Virus record (IMG/VR): IMGVR_UViG_3300027848_000016 | Source of the DNA: an uncultured virus (IMG/VR IMGVR_UViG_3300027848_000016) | Lineage: Duplodnaviria > Heunggongvirae > Uroviricota > Caudoviricetes | Strand: one strand, 5' to 3' | Length of the DNA: 20,000 nt | In this document: positions 1 to 9,300 of the stretch, piece by piece | Position numbering within the stretch: the first letter of the stretch is position 1 | Layout: every line of letters starts with the position of its first letter | The notes under the pieces: model-generated | Told to the model about the DNA's origin: nothing | The model's input: only the letters and a program-made list of their open reading frames with translations | The model's database searches: none | Position numbers and translations under genes: made by a program

Positions 1-685
1 CTACAGTACTTTCAACTGCACTATTATCAAAGTCAGCAGCAACTACACTAGTGTCTGCGTCAGAAATACCAGGTTGAAAGTTACTTGTAAATGCATATGT
101 TACATAATCAACTAATCCTTTAGCATTTGGAATAAAATCGTTATTTAATACAACATTTCCGCCGCCTGGATCAGTAATTACGCCAGCAGTATAGTTAAAT
201 ACATTTTCTTCGTAGTCAACTGTACCTGCTACATTAATAGCACTGTTAGGAGTTGTTACATACAACGGTCCTTCAGCATTAATACTGTTTACATTAAGTG
301 GAAGAAATGCTCCATTAATGTCTTCAAATCTAAATGAGCCTGTGCCGCTGCTTCCTCCTGCAACATAAGGACTTTGTTCATCAAATACTAATCTTGCAGT
401 AGGTAAACTACCTCTATCAATTTCAATACCTGCTTTATAGTCGAAGCTGGCACGTATTCCGGCACCAGCTTCTCCATCGTTTAGTGTTAGTATGTTATCA
501 GCAATAGTAGTAACAGTAGATTCTACAGTAGTTGTAGTCCCTTTAACTTCTAAGTCGCCGGTGATCACAACAACGCCTCTAGGGCTTGCTGATCCACTAG
601 TAGTATCTAAGTAGATTGTTCCGGTCGTACCGTTATCTACTATGATTCTATAGTTACCGTCTGTTACTCGTAATACCTTTGACAT
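1..685 (-). CDS. Virion structural protein (fiber/adhesin-like, beta-rich), partial, runs off the left edge
   Basis: Not in the ORF track; translated by hand. ATG at 685 after AGGA RBS: MSKVLRVTDGNYRIIVDNGTTGTIYLDTTSGSASPRGVVVITGDLEVKGTTTTVESTVTTIADNILTLNDGEAGAG...AGIEIDRGSLPTARLVFDE. The GDLxVxGTTTTVxS...DNIxxLN...GIEIDRG motif is typical of T4-like phage structural proteins. Confidence 0.75.
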   Translation of the reverse strand, partial: MSKVLRVTDGNYRIIVDNGTTGTIYLDTTSGSASPRGVVVITGDLEVKGTTTTVESTVTTIADNILTLNDGEAGAGIRASFDYKAGIEIDRGSLPTARLVFDEQSPYVAGGSSGTGSFRFEDINGAFLPLNVNSINAEGPLYVTTPNSAINVAGTVDYEENVFNYTAGVITDPGGGNVVLNNDFIPNAKGLVDYVTYAFTSNFQPGISDADTSVVAADFDNSAVESTV

Positions 686-744
686 TCTTAATTCCTATGT
701 AGAAAGTAATGGGAGAACTTAATCCCCCATAACTAATATTACGC

Positions 745-1308
745 TTATTCGTCAGCTTCAAAATCATCTGGTGCAATTCTAACAGTACCAGTTCCTGTGC
801 CTGGCTGTGCTGCCATAGTAAAGATTGTACCGACATCACTGTCTGCTGCGCCGAATGTTGTAAAGTCTGTGTTTCCAGCTGTAACGATTTGGTAAACAAT
901 ACCATTCGTAACAAGTGCTGTTGCAACAAGAATTTCACTAGCAGTTTCACTACCCGCCTCTTCCATTTCAACAGCATTATCATTATTTGCGTCTGACATG
1001 TTCCAAGCAATGCTTACACCTGTGTCAAGTGTTACTTTACGTCCTGCAATTTTGGTAACTTGACGTGCTACTCCGTCGTCGTCTTTAACTGTAATAGTCA
1101 TTTCGCCAGCAGCAATTGCTCCAGTAAGTTTGTCTACTAATGTACAAACTTTTGTTTCTGTGCCGTCGGTGCAACGGAATTTCTTACTTCCAAGTTGCTT
1201 AATGATCCAACCGTTTACTGATGCATCTCCGTTGTGAAACTGTACTTTAATCTCGTTACCAGCATTTGTTGGTGTTCCGAAAAATCTCTTGTTTAGTGGA
1301 CGTCCCAT
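745..1308 (-). CDS. Conserved phage protein, probably virion-associated, downstream of MCP
   Basis: 187-aa ORF with strong AAGGAG RBS, its own late-promoter motif, and position directly after the capsid gene. Confidence 0.7.
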   Translation of the reverse strand: MGRPLNKRFFGTPTNAGNEIKVQFHNGDASVNGWIIKQLGSKKFRCTDGTETKVCTLVDKLTGAIAAGEMTITVKDDDGVARQVTKIAGRKVTLDTGVSIAWNMSDANNDNAVEMEEAGSETASEILVATALVTNGIVYQIVTAGNTDFTTFGAADSDVGTIFTMAAQPGTGTGTVRIAPDDFEADE

Positions 1309-1397
1309 TTGTTTTTTCTCCTTTAAAACGTTCTAGGTCTACGCAGTGGGTCATTTCTGCATAAGTCCGCTGATTGCGGCACGATTATCGACACAAG

Positions 1398-1404
1398 TAT
1401 TTAT
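1398..1404 (-). promoter_or_regulatory. T4-like late promoter (ATAAATA)
   Basis: GATAAATA on the minus strand just after the MCP terminator and about 90 nt upstream of the 1308 ATG; T4 late consensus is TATAAATA. Confidence 0.65.
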
Positions 1405-1423
1405 CAAAGTTTACTCAAGTCAT

Positions 1424-1450
1424 AAAAATAGGCCCCGGAGGGCCTATTTT
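1424..1450 (-). terminator. Rho-independent terminator after major capsid gene
   Basis: Minus strand AAAATAGGCCC-TCCG-GGGCCTATTTTT: perfect stem with a C(UCCG)G UNCG tetraloop and U tail, shortly after the MCP stop; potentially bidirectional. Confidence 0.9.
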
Positions 1451-1466
1451 ATATTTCAGTAACTAA

Positions 1467-2642
1467 TTACTGGAATGATACGTTGCCGTTTGTGATAGCA
1501 ACTTTAGCTAGGTAGTCAGCAGCATTGCCTAAAGACGATGCTGTGTTGTTTAGCTCAACATATCCGTAACGTGTCATAAACGATACGACTGGTTCGAATG
1601 TTGCTGGGTCTAGTACAACACCTGAGCTCATTAGCGGGATGTATGGGCAATAGAATGCCGCTGCATCTGATTCGCTTGAACCTTTGTAACCGATTAGAAC
1701 TGCTGCGCTATCTGCTGAATATGTGTTAACATAAACTTTCATAGCATTATTCAATGTACCAACCATCTTAGTGTTAGTTGGAGATTCGAATGTTCCTTCA
1801 GTTGTACGTGCAAACGCTGAAGTAGTTGCAGATTGTAGGATTGTTAACGCGAATGGCGAAACAACGGCCCAGTTACCTGCGCCACGACGTGTGCGTTGAG
1901 CAATTTTGTTTGACTCGCGGTTAATTAAAACAGCAAGAGCAGCATGCTCGTCACCAACGAAAGTAGCAGTACCACTTACAGTTGCTTGGTCGTATGTTGA
2001 ACCAGCTGTACCAGCAAGCGAAACTAGCGAAGCTAGTACTTCTTGGTCAATCTCAGCAGTAATCTCTTGTGCAAGAGCTGCCATGATTTCTGCTTCAACA
2101 TCAATACCGTGCATTGACTGTGCGTCTTGTGCTGATTCAAAAGTCCAGCGAGCTGATAGCTTGCGTGATTTTGCTTCAACAGTTTGCTTCAAGATCTGGA
2201 TGCTTAGTTTATTACCAGCAGCACCTTCAAGAGCGGCAGTTGAAGCTGCTTTACCTGATGTTGTGTTGCCTGAATATGCTTCAGCAATCTTGAATGGGCT
2301 TAGTGCCTCTTCACCAGCTACTGCGCCACTTGCGCCTGTACCTGCCGTGTCGCTATAGCGAACACGTAGTGTGTGGATTTGTCCCACTGGGCCTGTCATA
2401 GGCTGAACACCAACTAGATCGTTAGCGATAACGGTTGGCATTACACGTCTAATAACGGGTAAAATAACACGGTTAAGTGTTGCGACATTGCCTGCAGATG
2501 TTGCACCAGCTGTAGCACTCTCTGAAAGATACCTACGGGTATTTTCCAAAGTAGTTGCCATTACAGCCTTCTTGGTACCTGTTAGGCCCTCAAGAAGTGC
2601 ATTTTTTGTATCTGACCAGCGGCTTTCTAGTAGTTCCGACAT
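1467..2642 (-). CDS. gp23: Major capsid protein, T4 gp23-like
   Basis: Motifs LPVIRRVMPTVIANDLVGVQPMTGPVGQI, KSRKLSARWTFESAQD, EITAEIDQE, FYCPYIPL and TRYG match the gp23 family; AGGAG RBS; follows the protease and scaffold genes. Confidence 0.97.
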   Translation of the reverse strand: MSELLESRWSDTKNALLEGLTGTKKAVMATTLENTRRYLSESATAGATSAGNVATLNRVILPVIRRVMPTVIANDLVGVQPMTGPVGQIHTLRVRYSDTAGTGASGAVAGEEALSPFKIAEAYSGNTTSGKAASTAALEGAAGNKLSIQILKQTVEAKSRKLSARWTFESAQDAQSMHGIDVEAEIMAALAQEITAEIDQEVLASLVSLAGTAGSTYDQATVSGTATFVGDEHAALAVLINRESNKIAQRTRRGAGNWAVVSPFALTILQSATTSAFARTTEGTFESPTNTKMVGTLNNAMKVYVNTYSADSAAVLIGYKGSSESDAAAFYCPYIPLMSSGVVLDPATFEPVVSFMTRYGYVELNNTASSLGNAADYLAKVAITNGNVSFQ

Positions 2643-2652
2643 AGTTTTCTCC

Positions 2653-3747
2653 TTATTTTAAACCAGCTAAACGACGAATGTCAACGACATTATCATCTTG
2701 CATTGAACTAACGTTAGTGTGCGATTTCTCGCGGTTGCCTGTAATTTCTTTTGCCTCTGATAAGACTGCCTTCTTTGCCGGAGTATGTCCATCGATAACC
2801 GATGGTAGGTACTTATCAAAAGACTTTTGTAGTCTATCGGTTTGTACTGATTCCAGTAAATCTGTCATGATTTCTCTTTGACCTTTATTCAAGGGCGATA
2901 AGAGTTCACTAAGTCTGTTTTTGCGCTCGGCAATAGATGCCATGCGTTTAATTTCTTGGTCTTTAGATTCAGCTAATACTTTTGCTTTAACAGCAAATGC
3001 TTTTGCTTCAACTAATTGTTTGTCTTTCAACGCAACAACTTGCATTAATTTTGCAGTTTCTGAATTTTCGTTCAGATGACTTGTTGCGTACTCTGAAGCA
3101 AATGCTTCAAATAACTTACGACCAAAATCGTTTCTACGTGCTTCTTCAATATCTTCTTTAAGTTGTGTCATCTCTTTAGTAAGAGTTGATTCAACAATAG
3201 CAGATACCTTAGCAGCGCCTTTTGCAATAAAGTTATTTTTAACTTCTGCAAATTTGTTTTTAGCTTCTTTAATAAGTTTGACCTTAGTTTCAGCTAAATC
3301 TTTCTTGTCTTCGTGGAATTCTGCAATTTCTTTTGCAAGTGCATCAACGATAAAGTTCTCAAGCATACCAAACTTTTTGGCAATTGCTTTTTGATCTTCA
3401 TGCAGCTCAGTAACTTCTTTTGCTAGCGACTCAGCAACAAAGCGTTTCATTAGGTCTGCGTTTTCACGCATTGCTACTGCATACTTTGCTTTTGCTTCAG
3501 CTAGTTGTTTGCGATCTTCTGCAAACTCTGAAATTTCTTCTGCAAGGCGTTCTGAAATCATAGAGTCGATTGCGTCAACCATAGTTGACTTGTCGTGCTC
3601 GTATTTCTTTGCAAATTCTTCACGTAACTCAGCAGTTGCCTGCATCTTGTTTTCTTGAATCTTTGCATTCCATGCGCCTTCGATATCTGCACGTACTTCC
3701 TCAGAAACTACATCGTTTTCGAAAAGTGTTTTAAGTGCTTCCAACAT
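2653..3747 (-). CDS. gp22: Prohead core scaffolding protein, T4 gp22-like
   Basis: 364-aa coiled-coil, E/K/A-rich protein between prohead protease and MCP; contains FGRKLFEAF. Confidence 0.85.
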   Translation of the reverse strand: MLEALKTLFENDVVSEEVRADIEGAWNAKIQENKMQATAELREEFAKKYEHDKSTMVDAIDSMISERLAEEISEFAEDRKQLAEAKAKYAVAMRENADLMKRFVAESLAKEVTELHEDQKAIAKKFGMLENFIVDALAKEIAEFHEDKKDLAETKVKLIKEAKNKFAEVKNNFIAKGAAKVSAIVESTLTKEMTQLKEDIEEARRNDFGRKLFEAFASEYATSHLNENSETAKLMQVVALKDKQLVEAKAFAVKAKVLAESKDQEIKRMASIAERKNRLSELLSPLNKGQREIMTDLLESVQTDRLQKSFDKYLPSVIDGHTPAKKAVLSEAKEITGNREKSHTNVSSMQDDNVVDIRRLAGLK

Positions 3748-3761
3748 ATTTTGTTCTCCTT

Positions 3762-4385
3762 TTATTGGAGTCGACTGATTATATTAATCAGCGATTCTTT
3801 TAAGTACTTCTGTGCCTTGGTGTCGTGTTTTGTTGCCTGTGCCAGTTCATACGCCTTCATTCCTCCACGAGCGTTCATAAGATGCTCATAGATTGCAGTA
3901 GGATATGCTCCAGGGGCGCTAGGCTGTGCCACAACGTCCACTGTTATAATTTCAAAGTCGCTAACGTTGCCGCTACCGTCTTCACTAACATTACCTGAAC
4001 CTCTTGATGAGACTCCTAGTTTAACTCCGCTTTCCAGCATTGTTTTAACTAGGTTACCCATAGGTGTTGGTAGTATCTTTAATTTCCCATAACCGTTTGG
4101 GCCATCCATCCAGCATTCGCTGATCATATGGCTTACGCGATCTAGGTTAATATTAAGTCCTTCTGGATGATCAACTTCTCCGAGCACACTGTATCCACCC
4201 TCGATTTGTTCGCTGAGAGTTTTGACAGCCCTGCCAATTTCATTTACAGGATACACACGCTGGTTAGCGTTGCGTACTCCGCCTTGTATCATGATTCCTT
4301 TCATGAACAAGTCTTTTCCTTCGTTAGCAGACTCAACGATTATCTTCGCTTGGTCGAAACTTAGGTGTTCTCGTAAGTTTTTCAT
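3762..4385 (-). CDS. gp21: Prohead core protease, T4 gp21-like
   Basis: RNANQRVYP, GEVDHP (catalytic His), GVSSRGSG (catalytic Ser) and DVVAQPSAPGAY motifs. Confidence 0.95.
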   Translation of the reverse strand: MKNLREHLSFDQAKIIVESANEGKDLFMKGIMIQGGVRNANQRVYPVNEIGRAVKTLSEQIEGGYSVLGEVDHPEGLNINLDRVSHMISECWMDGPNGYGKLKILPTPMGNLVKTMLESGVKLGVSSRGSGNVSEDGSGNVSDFEIITVDVVAQPSAPGAYPTAIYEHLMNARGGMKAYELAQATKHDTKAQKYLKESLINIISRLQ

Positions 4386-4399
4386 CTAGATTTCCCTAC

Positions 4400-5308
4400 T
4401 TACTTGCCGATAGTACTTTTGGTATTAGCAGCAGTCTCTGGCTTGCCCTTTTTCTCAGCGCCGTGACCAGGTTGGCTTGACATTTTTGTCGCGCCATTTG
4501 CACCAACAACGTTTACGTTCTTGGTATTCATTGCTTGTGGTTTGTTACTTGCTAAACCACCAGCTGTTCCTTTAGTATCTGCTGTTCCGCCTTTTGCGAT
4601 ATTAGCAGTTGTTCCGCCCATGTTGTTTGGCTTAGCTAGAGTTGACGTTGTGTTTACACCGTTGTCGCCCATTGTAGCACTTACTTTTTCAACATACTCG
4701 CGCATTTGCTCGCCTGCTGATTTAGCTACTTTTGATTCTAGTGGGGTAATTGTTGCTTGGAATGACTCTTCTTCTGGCTCTTCGTCGTCCATGTCGTCAT
4801 CGGCTTCTTCGTCGTCCATATCCATTTCGTCGTCGTCCATTTCTGGTTCGCCTTCTTCACCGGACATCATTTTTTCAAATTCTGCTTTTAGTTCTTCTAA
4901 AGCATCTTCTAAATCATTGATACGCTCGTCAGTACCTTCTTCACCATCGTCACTGTCGTCATCGGAGCTCATTTTCATATCGCCCATCATGTCGTCAGTT
5001 TTGTCGCCGCCCATCATGTCTGCCATTGGGTCTGCTTCAACTTCAAATTCGTCTAGGTTAAAGTCTTCGTCTAGTTCTTCGTCATCTTCTGACTCATCAA
5101 CTTCTTCGTCGTCTGACTCATCAACTTCTTCATCAGTTGTTTCATCAACTTCTTCGTCATCTTCATCTTCTAGATCTGATTCTAGTAGTGATTCATAAAT
5201 GTCACGTGATTTTTCAACTACAATCTCGTGGAATAGTTCTTCTGCACCTGCGCGGTCTTCGTTTACAAGACGCTCAAGCATTTCTTCAAATTTGTTACGA
5301 TCTGCCAT
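4400..5308 (-). CDS. Highly acidic prohead core/internal protein (gp67/gp68 position)
   Basis: 302 aa, D/E-rich with DEEVDE repeats, directly upstream of gp21; AGGAG RBS and own late-promoter motif. Confidence 0.65.
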   Translation of the reverse strand: MADRNKFEEMLERLVNEDRAGAEELFHEIVVEKSRDIYESLLESDLEDEDDEEVDETTDEEVDESDDEEVDESEDDEELDEDFNLDEFEVEADPMADMMGGDKTDDMMGDMKMSSDDDSDDGEEGTDERINDLEDALEELKAEFEKMMSGEEGEPEMDDDEMDMDDEEADDDMDDEEPEEESFQATITPLESKVAKSAGEQMREYVEKVSATMGDNGVNTTSTLAKPNNMGGTTANIAKGGTADTKGTAGGLASNKPQAMNTKNVNVVGANGATKMSSQPGHGAEKKGKPETAANTKSTIGK

Positions 5309-5355
5309 TTTTATTCTCCTAATAAATGTTATACCTATGGTAAGGCTGTCATTTG

Positions 5356-5362
5356 TATTTAC
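5356..5362 (-). promoter_or_regulatory. Late promoter variant (GTAAATA)
   Basis: TAAATA core in the intergenic region ahead of the core protein-gp21-gp22-gp23 operon. Confidence 0.55.
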
Positions 5363-5407
5363 TGTTTATAAGGAATATGATGCGATAATGGGCTCAAAAC
5401 GAGCCAT

Positions 5408-6118
5408 TTAAGAGAGAGAGTATATTTTTTTAAATGTATCTGTTGTAATATGTTCTACATTTACAAATTTATTTAGCTCTTCTGGAATGTAGTTATCTGA
5501 TGCTATTACTCTTATAAAATTAATTTTAGGATTATCTTTTATTACACTTACTGTTTGTCTTAGCCAATTACCAAAGAATGTTGCACCTTCTGTTGATTTT
5601 TTATAGTTTACAGTGTCAGAATACATGTTATTAAGTTTTTTACCCTCATCTAACCCTTTATAGTCAAACCCCAATATAAAGATTTTTTCATAATCGTGTT
5701 GGCTAGCTAGCCATAGCGCTGTAGGCCCACTACTCCACCCTTTGCTAGGTTGAAAGAAGTTTAGGTTTGACATTTTTTGATAACTTTTATTGGGATTAGT
5801 CCATACATTATGTTTGTGCTGATACCCCGCTTTGTTTATTTCAAGTACCATTTTAACATCAACTGCAATTAAGTAATCAGGGTCAAATGTTCTATAAAGC
5901 GCATTGCAACCATATACTTTACCAAACGTTTTTAATTCTTGAGATTTTACACTTGCTCTGCTAGTTCCGTTACCTAGTACAAATGCAGTATTTGATTCTA
6001 TCATAGGCATTGATTCAACATTTTCTATTTCAGAAACAACTAACTTATCTGCTTTTGCAGCAGTTTTAAGTATCTTGTATTGTTGTTTTGTATATTGAGT
6101 TTTGTCTATTTTTGCCAT
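5408..6118 (-). CDS. MptE/MAF_flag10-like or sialyltransferase (GT29/GT42)-like Rossmann-fold enzyme
   Basis: Motifs AFVLGNGTS, YGCNALYR..PDYLIAVD, SSGPTALWLAS and KIFILGFD resemble CstII/Maf-type proteins. Confidence 0.6.
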   Translation of the reverse strand: MAKIDKTQYTKQQYKILKTAAKADKLVVSEIENVESMPMIESNTAFVLGNGTSRASVKSQELKTFGKVYGCNALYRTFDPDYLIAVDVKMVLEINKAGYQHKHNVWTNPNKSYQKMSNLNFFQPSKGWSSGPTALWLASQHDYEKIFILGFDYKGLDEGKKLNNMYSDTVNYKKSTEGATFFGNWLRQTVSVIKDNPKINFIRVIASDNYIPEELNKFVNVEHITTDTFKKIYSLS

Positions 6119-6366
6119 TACACTCCGGCTGCGGCTGCTTGTGCTGCTATTCCATACATCTGTCTAACGAAATCTAATTCGCCAGCTTTCTCAGTTGTAT
6201 GTAGCTCACTTGCTTTCCTTGCACGGTTGATTTGGCGTAGGGTAAGACGTGTTTTGCGTGTATCATCCATTTTAACAACACTGTCGTCGTACTGAGGATC
6301 ATATCGATCATCCTCAGTAGGCTCGATTGTTTCTTTATCAAAATAAAATAGCTCGCGTAATATCAT
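6118..6366 (-). CDS. Small conserved head-module protein
   Basis: 82-aa ORF directly after the portal, stop/start coupled to the next gene, preceded by a perfect TATAAATA. Confidence 0.7.
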   Translation of the reverse strand: MILRELFYFDKETIEPTEDDRYDPQYDDSVVKMDDTRKTRLTLRQINRARKASELHTTEKAGELDFVRQMYGIAAQAAAAGV

Positions 6367-6370
6367 ATTG

Positions 6371-6378
6371 TATTTATA
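6371..6378 (-). promoter_or_regulatory. Perfect T4 late promoter TATAAATA overlapping the portal stop codon
   Basis: TATAAATA-CAAT-ATG on the minus strand. Confidence 0.7.
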
Positions 6379-9300
6379 TCGTTTGTGCTGTTGCGCCTGG
6401 AGCAGCAGCTCCTGGTGCTGCGCCCGTTGCTGTGTCTGGAGGAGTTGCTTCTGCGCCTATTTCTGGTTCGCCGCCTTCTGGCGCAATATCTTCTGCACCA
6501 TCAATATCTGCACTAATACCTGCACTGCTAATACCTGCTGTACGCATTTCTGAACTTGCGTCTTCACCACCGGTATTGATAGTTTCGTCGTTTTCTTCTT
6601 TCCATAGACGCTCGTTTTCTGCAATCTCTTCTTCGCTCATACCTAAGAAGCGTTTCATAGCAAAGCGATTTGAAACATATGGTATAGCACTCATTTGTGT
6701 ATATGTTGGTACACGAGCATTATCAAGTTCTGCTTGACGATAGCTTGCAAAGTTTTGTGGTGTTTCAAACTCTAGATCAAACATTGCAGTATCAATGTTT
6801 ACGCCTTTTTCTAACAAGTAACGTTTAAACTCTTGATTAAATTCTTCTACAATTAAGCCTTGCAACCGTTCGCAGTAAGTATTAAAGCGTAGTTCTTGAA
6901 TGTATGCTGTTCCGACACGACCGTCATTATAACTGCTAGATGAATCATCTGCTCCAGTTGGTAAGTAAGAACTTGGAATACGCAATCCACGTACTAGCTT
7001 ATTGGTAAAATATCTAAGGTCATCAATTTCACCTAGGTTAGTACCACCCGGAAGTGTTTCAACTTTAGATCCGCGACCTTCTGCTGTCTGCGGAAAGAAG
7101 TAATCTTCATTTATTGAATTTTTAACAAAGATACCACTTTCAATAGCAAACGTGTGATAGTTGTGCCATTTTTCAGTGCCGTCTATAGTAATAGTTCCTG
7201 TATCTCGATTAGACACTACTTCTATTTTTACTACTTTGTGGTTAAACTGATCGATTTCTTTTACAAACTGTTTCCAGTTAGTGTATCCGTTTTTCTTAAG
7301 AAGTCCATTTAGTTTACTATAACCAAATCGCGTAAAGTCAATCTTACACTGAGCGTTCTTATAATCAAGAGCAACTGAATTTTCTTTCTTTAACAGATCT
7401 AATAACTCTTTGTTATTGTCACAAAGATTAATTACAGTGTTCTTATTTGTTGACTGAGTCTTAACTATCTCCACTACTATCTGTAACATTTCAAATGTCA
7501 AATGTAACGATTGATTTTTTATTTTAACTCTAGATTCCAAGTTTTTTACCACTTGTTGCATCGCAGCTAGATTACTATTAAGGTGGTCACTTCTAGATTT
7601 GCCAGCGTTCTTTTTATAACTGACCGTAGTCGCAGGATCATTCTGTCTCATCCACACTGCTCTCTGTTGTGCTGACCTAATATTGTAAAGAGCTGATTGT
7701 CTTTCTACAATAGTCATATTCTTCCAATGTGTTTTTAACGTATTAGAAATTTTTCCCGTAACTAACTGGAATTCTTCTTCTGATAAATTAGACCAGTAAT
7801 CTGATTTATTTGCAGCATGGTACTGTATGTGATCAGCTTTATTCATATATTGAAGATTACGTGGATCGTTATTAAAGCGATTATAATCTCGATGATGTAT
7901 TACTGCTTTAGACTTTCCTGCATTTTGTTCAAGGTATGTAAATTCCTGATGTTTGCTCAAGTTTCTAAAAAACTCGCCTACAACTCGATGAGTCCACTGC
8001 CATTCCTTCTTGCTATGATCCCAAACTTGCTCATAGTCATTAGATTTAGACGATATCTTTTTGTTTCTTTTATTAAAAGATATTAGACTATCAGTTTCGA
8101 CAATGTCCTTGGCCTCTACCATACCTTTTCCAAATACTGGTATCTTGTGGTCTGGAGTACAAACTAAAGTTTCGCCATTATCAAATGTTAATTGAATAGT
8201 TTGTGTATTTCTACGAGTAATACCAGCCCAGTTAATTACCCCTGGCGCTATTTTGCCAGTCACAGGATCACAACTGTATGCCCAGTTTTCTTTTCCTTGC
8301 TTAAACTCTGCAATTAACTCAGTTAGTGCTAATGTTCTTCCATCAAGTAGAGGAATCCTTGTAGATAAATCCAAACAGAGAGGATTATAGCTTGAGTCAA
8401 TAACATTAGTGCCACCGCCTGTGGCACTTGGAATACGTCTTTGATGAATCTCAGTTTTAACACGCTCAACAAACTGCATAGCAAGGTGACTTGGCATGTT
8501 GCCTACGTCCACATAAAATACTCGGCGTTCCGGAGCACGTTGTACACGATAGATAATAATAGCATCTTCGAGTAATTCTTTTTGTTTGAATACTTTAAAA
8601 ATAGTTTCTAATAAACTGTTTCCAAATGGGTAATTGTTGTCTAAGCCTTCACTTAAACTAAGATGCAACACATGTTCGGCATCAATTGCAACTTCACCGT
8701 TGGTAGTATTAAATCGTGATCCGTTTTGTGTAGGAGCATTACCTACCATACCTCGAACGCCACCAGTAGTATATCCTCCTCCGCCACCACCTGTGATATT
8801 ACCATTAGTGATAAACGGTGTTGTTGCAACCATCTCAGTAAAGTTTAAGTTTATGTCTTTAACAATGTATTGTTCAGGAACTTTACCTTCGCTTTCGTTA
8901 ACAATAATTCGTGTTAGTTTTGCGGGGTCAACATGATAAAGTTTTTTAGTTTCTGGATCTCTTAGAAATATTGCATCGCCGTATTTAAATATGTTACGGA
9001 ATGTTCTAAACATTCTAGTTTCAAATTGATTTAGTTTGCACCACTGTTTTAGGTACTGACCTAAAATATTAATTTCATTGTTGGTTGCACTTTTATTAAA
9101 TGCAAATTTAAAATTAGTACCGTTGGTTTTATTCTTTTGTGTGCAAAACTCAGCAAGGATATCTAGTGCAGCGTTAACTTCACTGTCCATATCCATAGTG
9201 TTGTATTGACCGTAACGTTCAACTCTGTTTGGACTACCAACATACACATCAGGAAGATATGAACTGTAGTTTGATTTTGCAGGTCCAGGACGTCCAGCAG

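Noticed and set aside
703..733. Hairpin ATGGGGGA...TCTCCCAT after the 745 stop, and a similar one at 5387-5409
   Set aside because: Imperfect stems with weak U tracts; possibly terminators or processing sites, but not well enough supported to call.
654..1010. 118-aa minus-strand ORF
   Set aside because: Alternate-frame overlap with the real 745-1308 gene and the 685 start.
5070..5170. Tandem TCATCAACTTCTTC repeats as a CRISPR-like array
   Set aside because: They are in-frame coding repeats (DEEVDE) with no unique spacers of CRISPR length.
1906..5411. Plus-strand ORFs opposite the capsid, scaffold, protease and core genes (e.g. 1906-2358, 4521-5198)
   Set aside because: Antisense shadows; the Ser-rich 225-aa ORF mirrors the acidic codons of the real gene.
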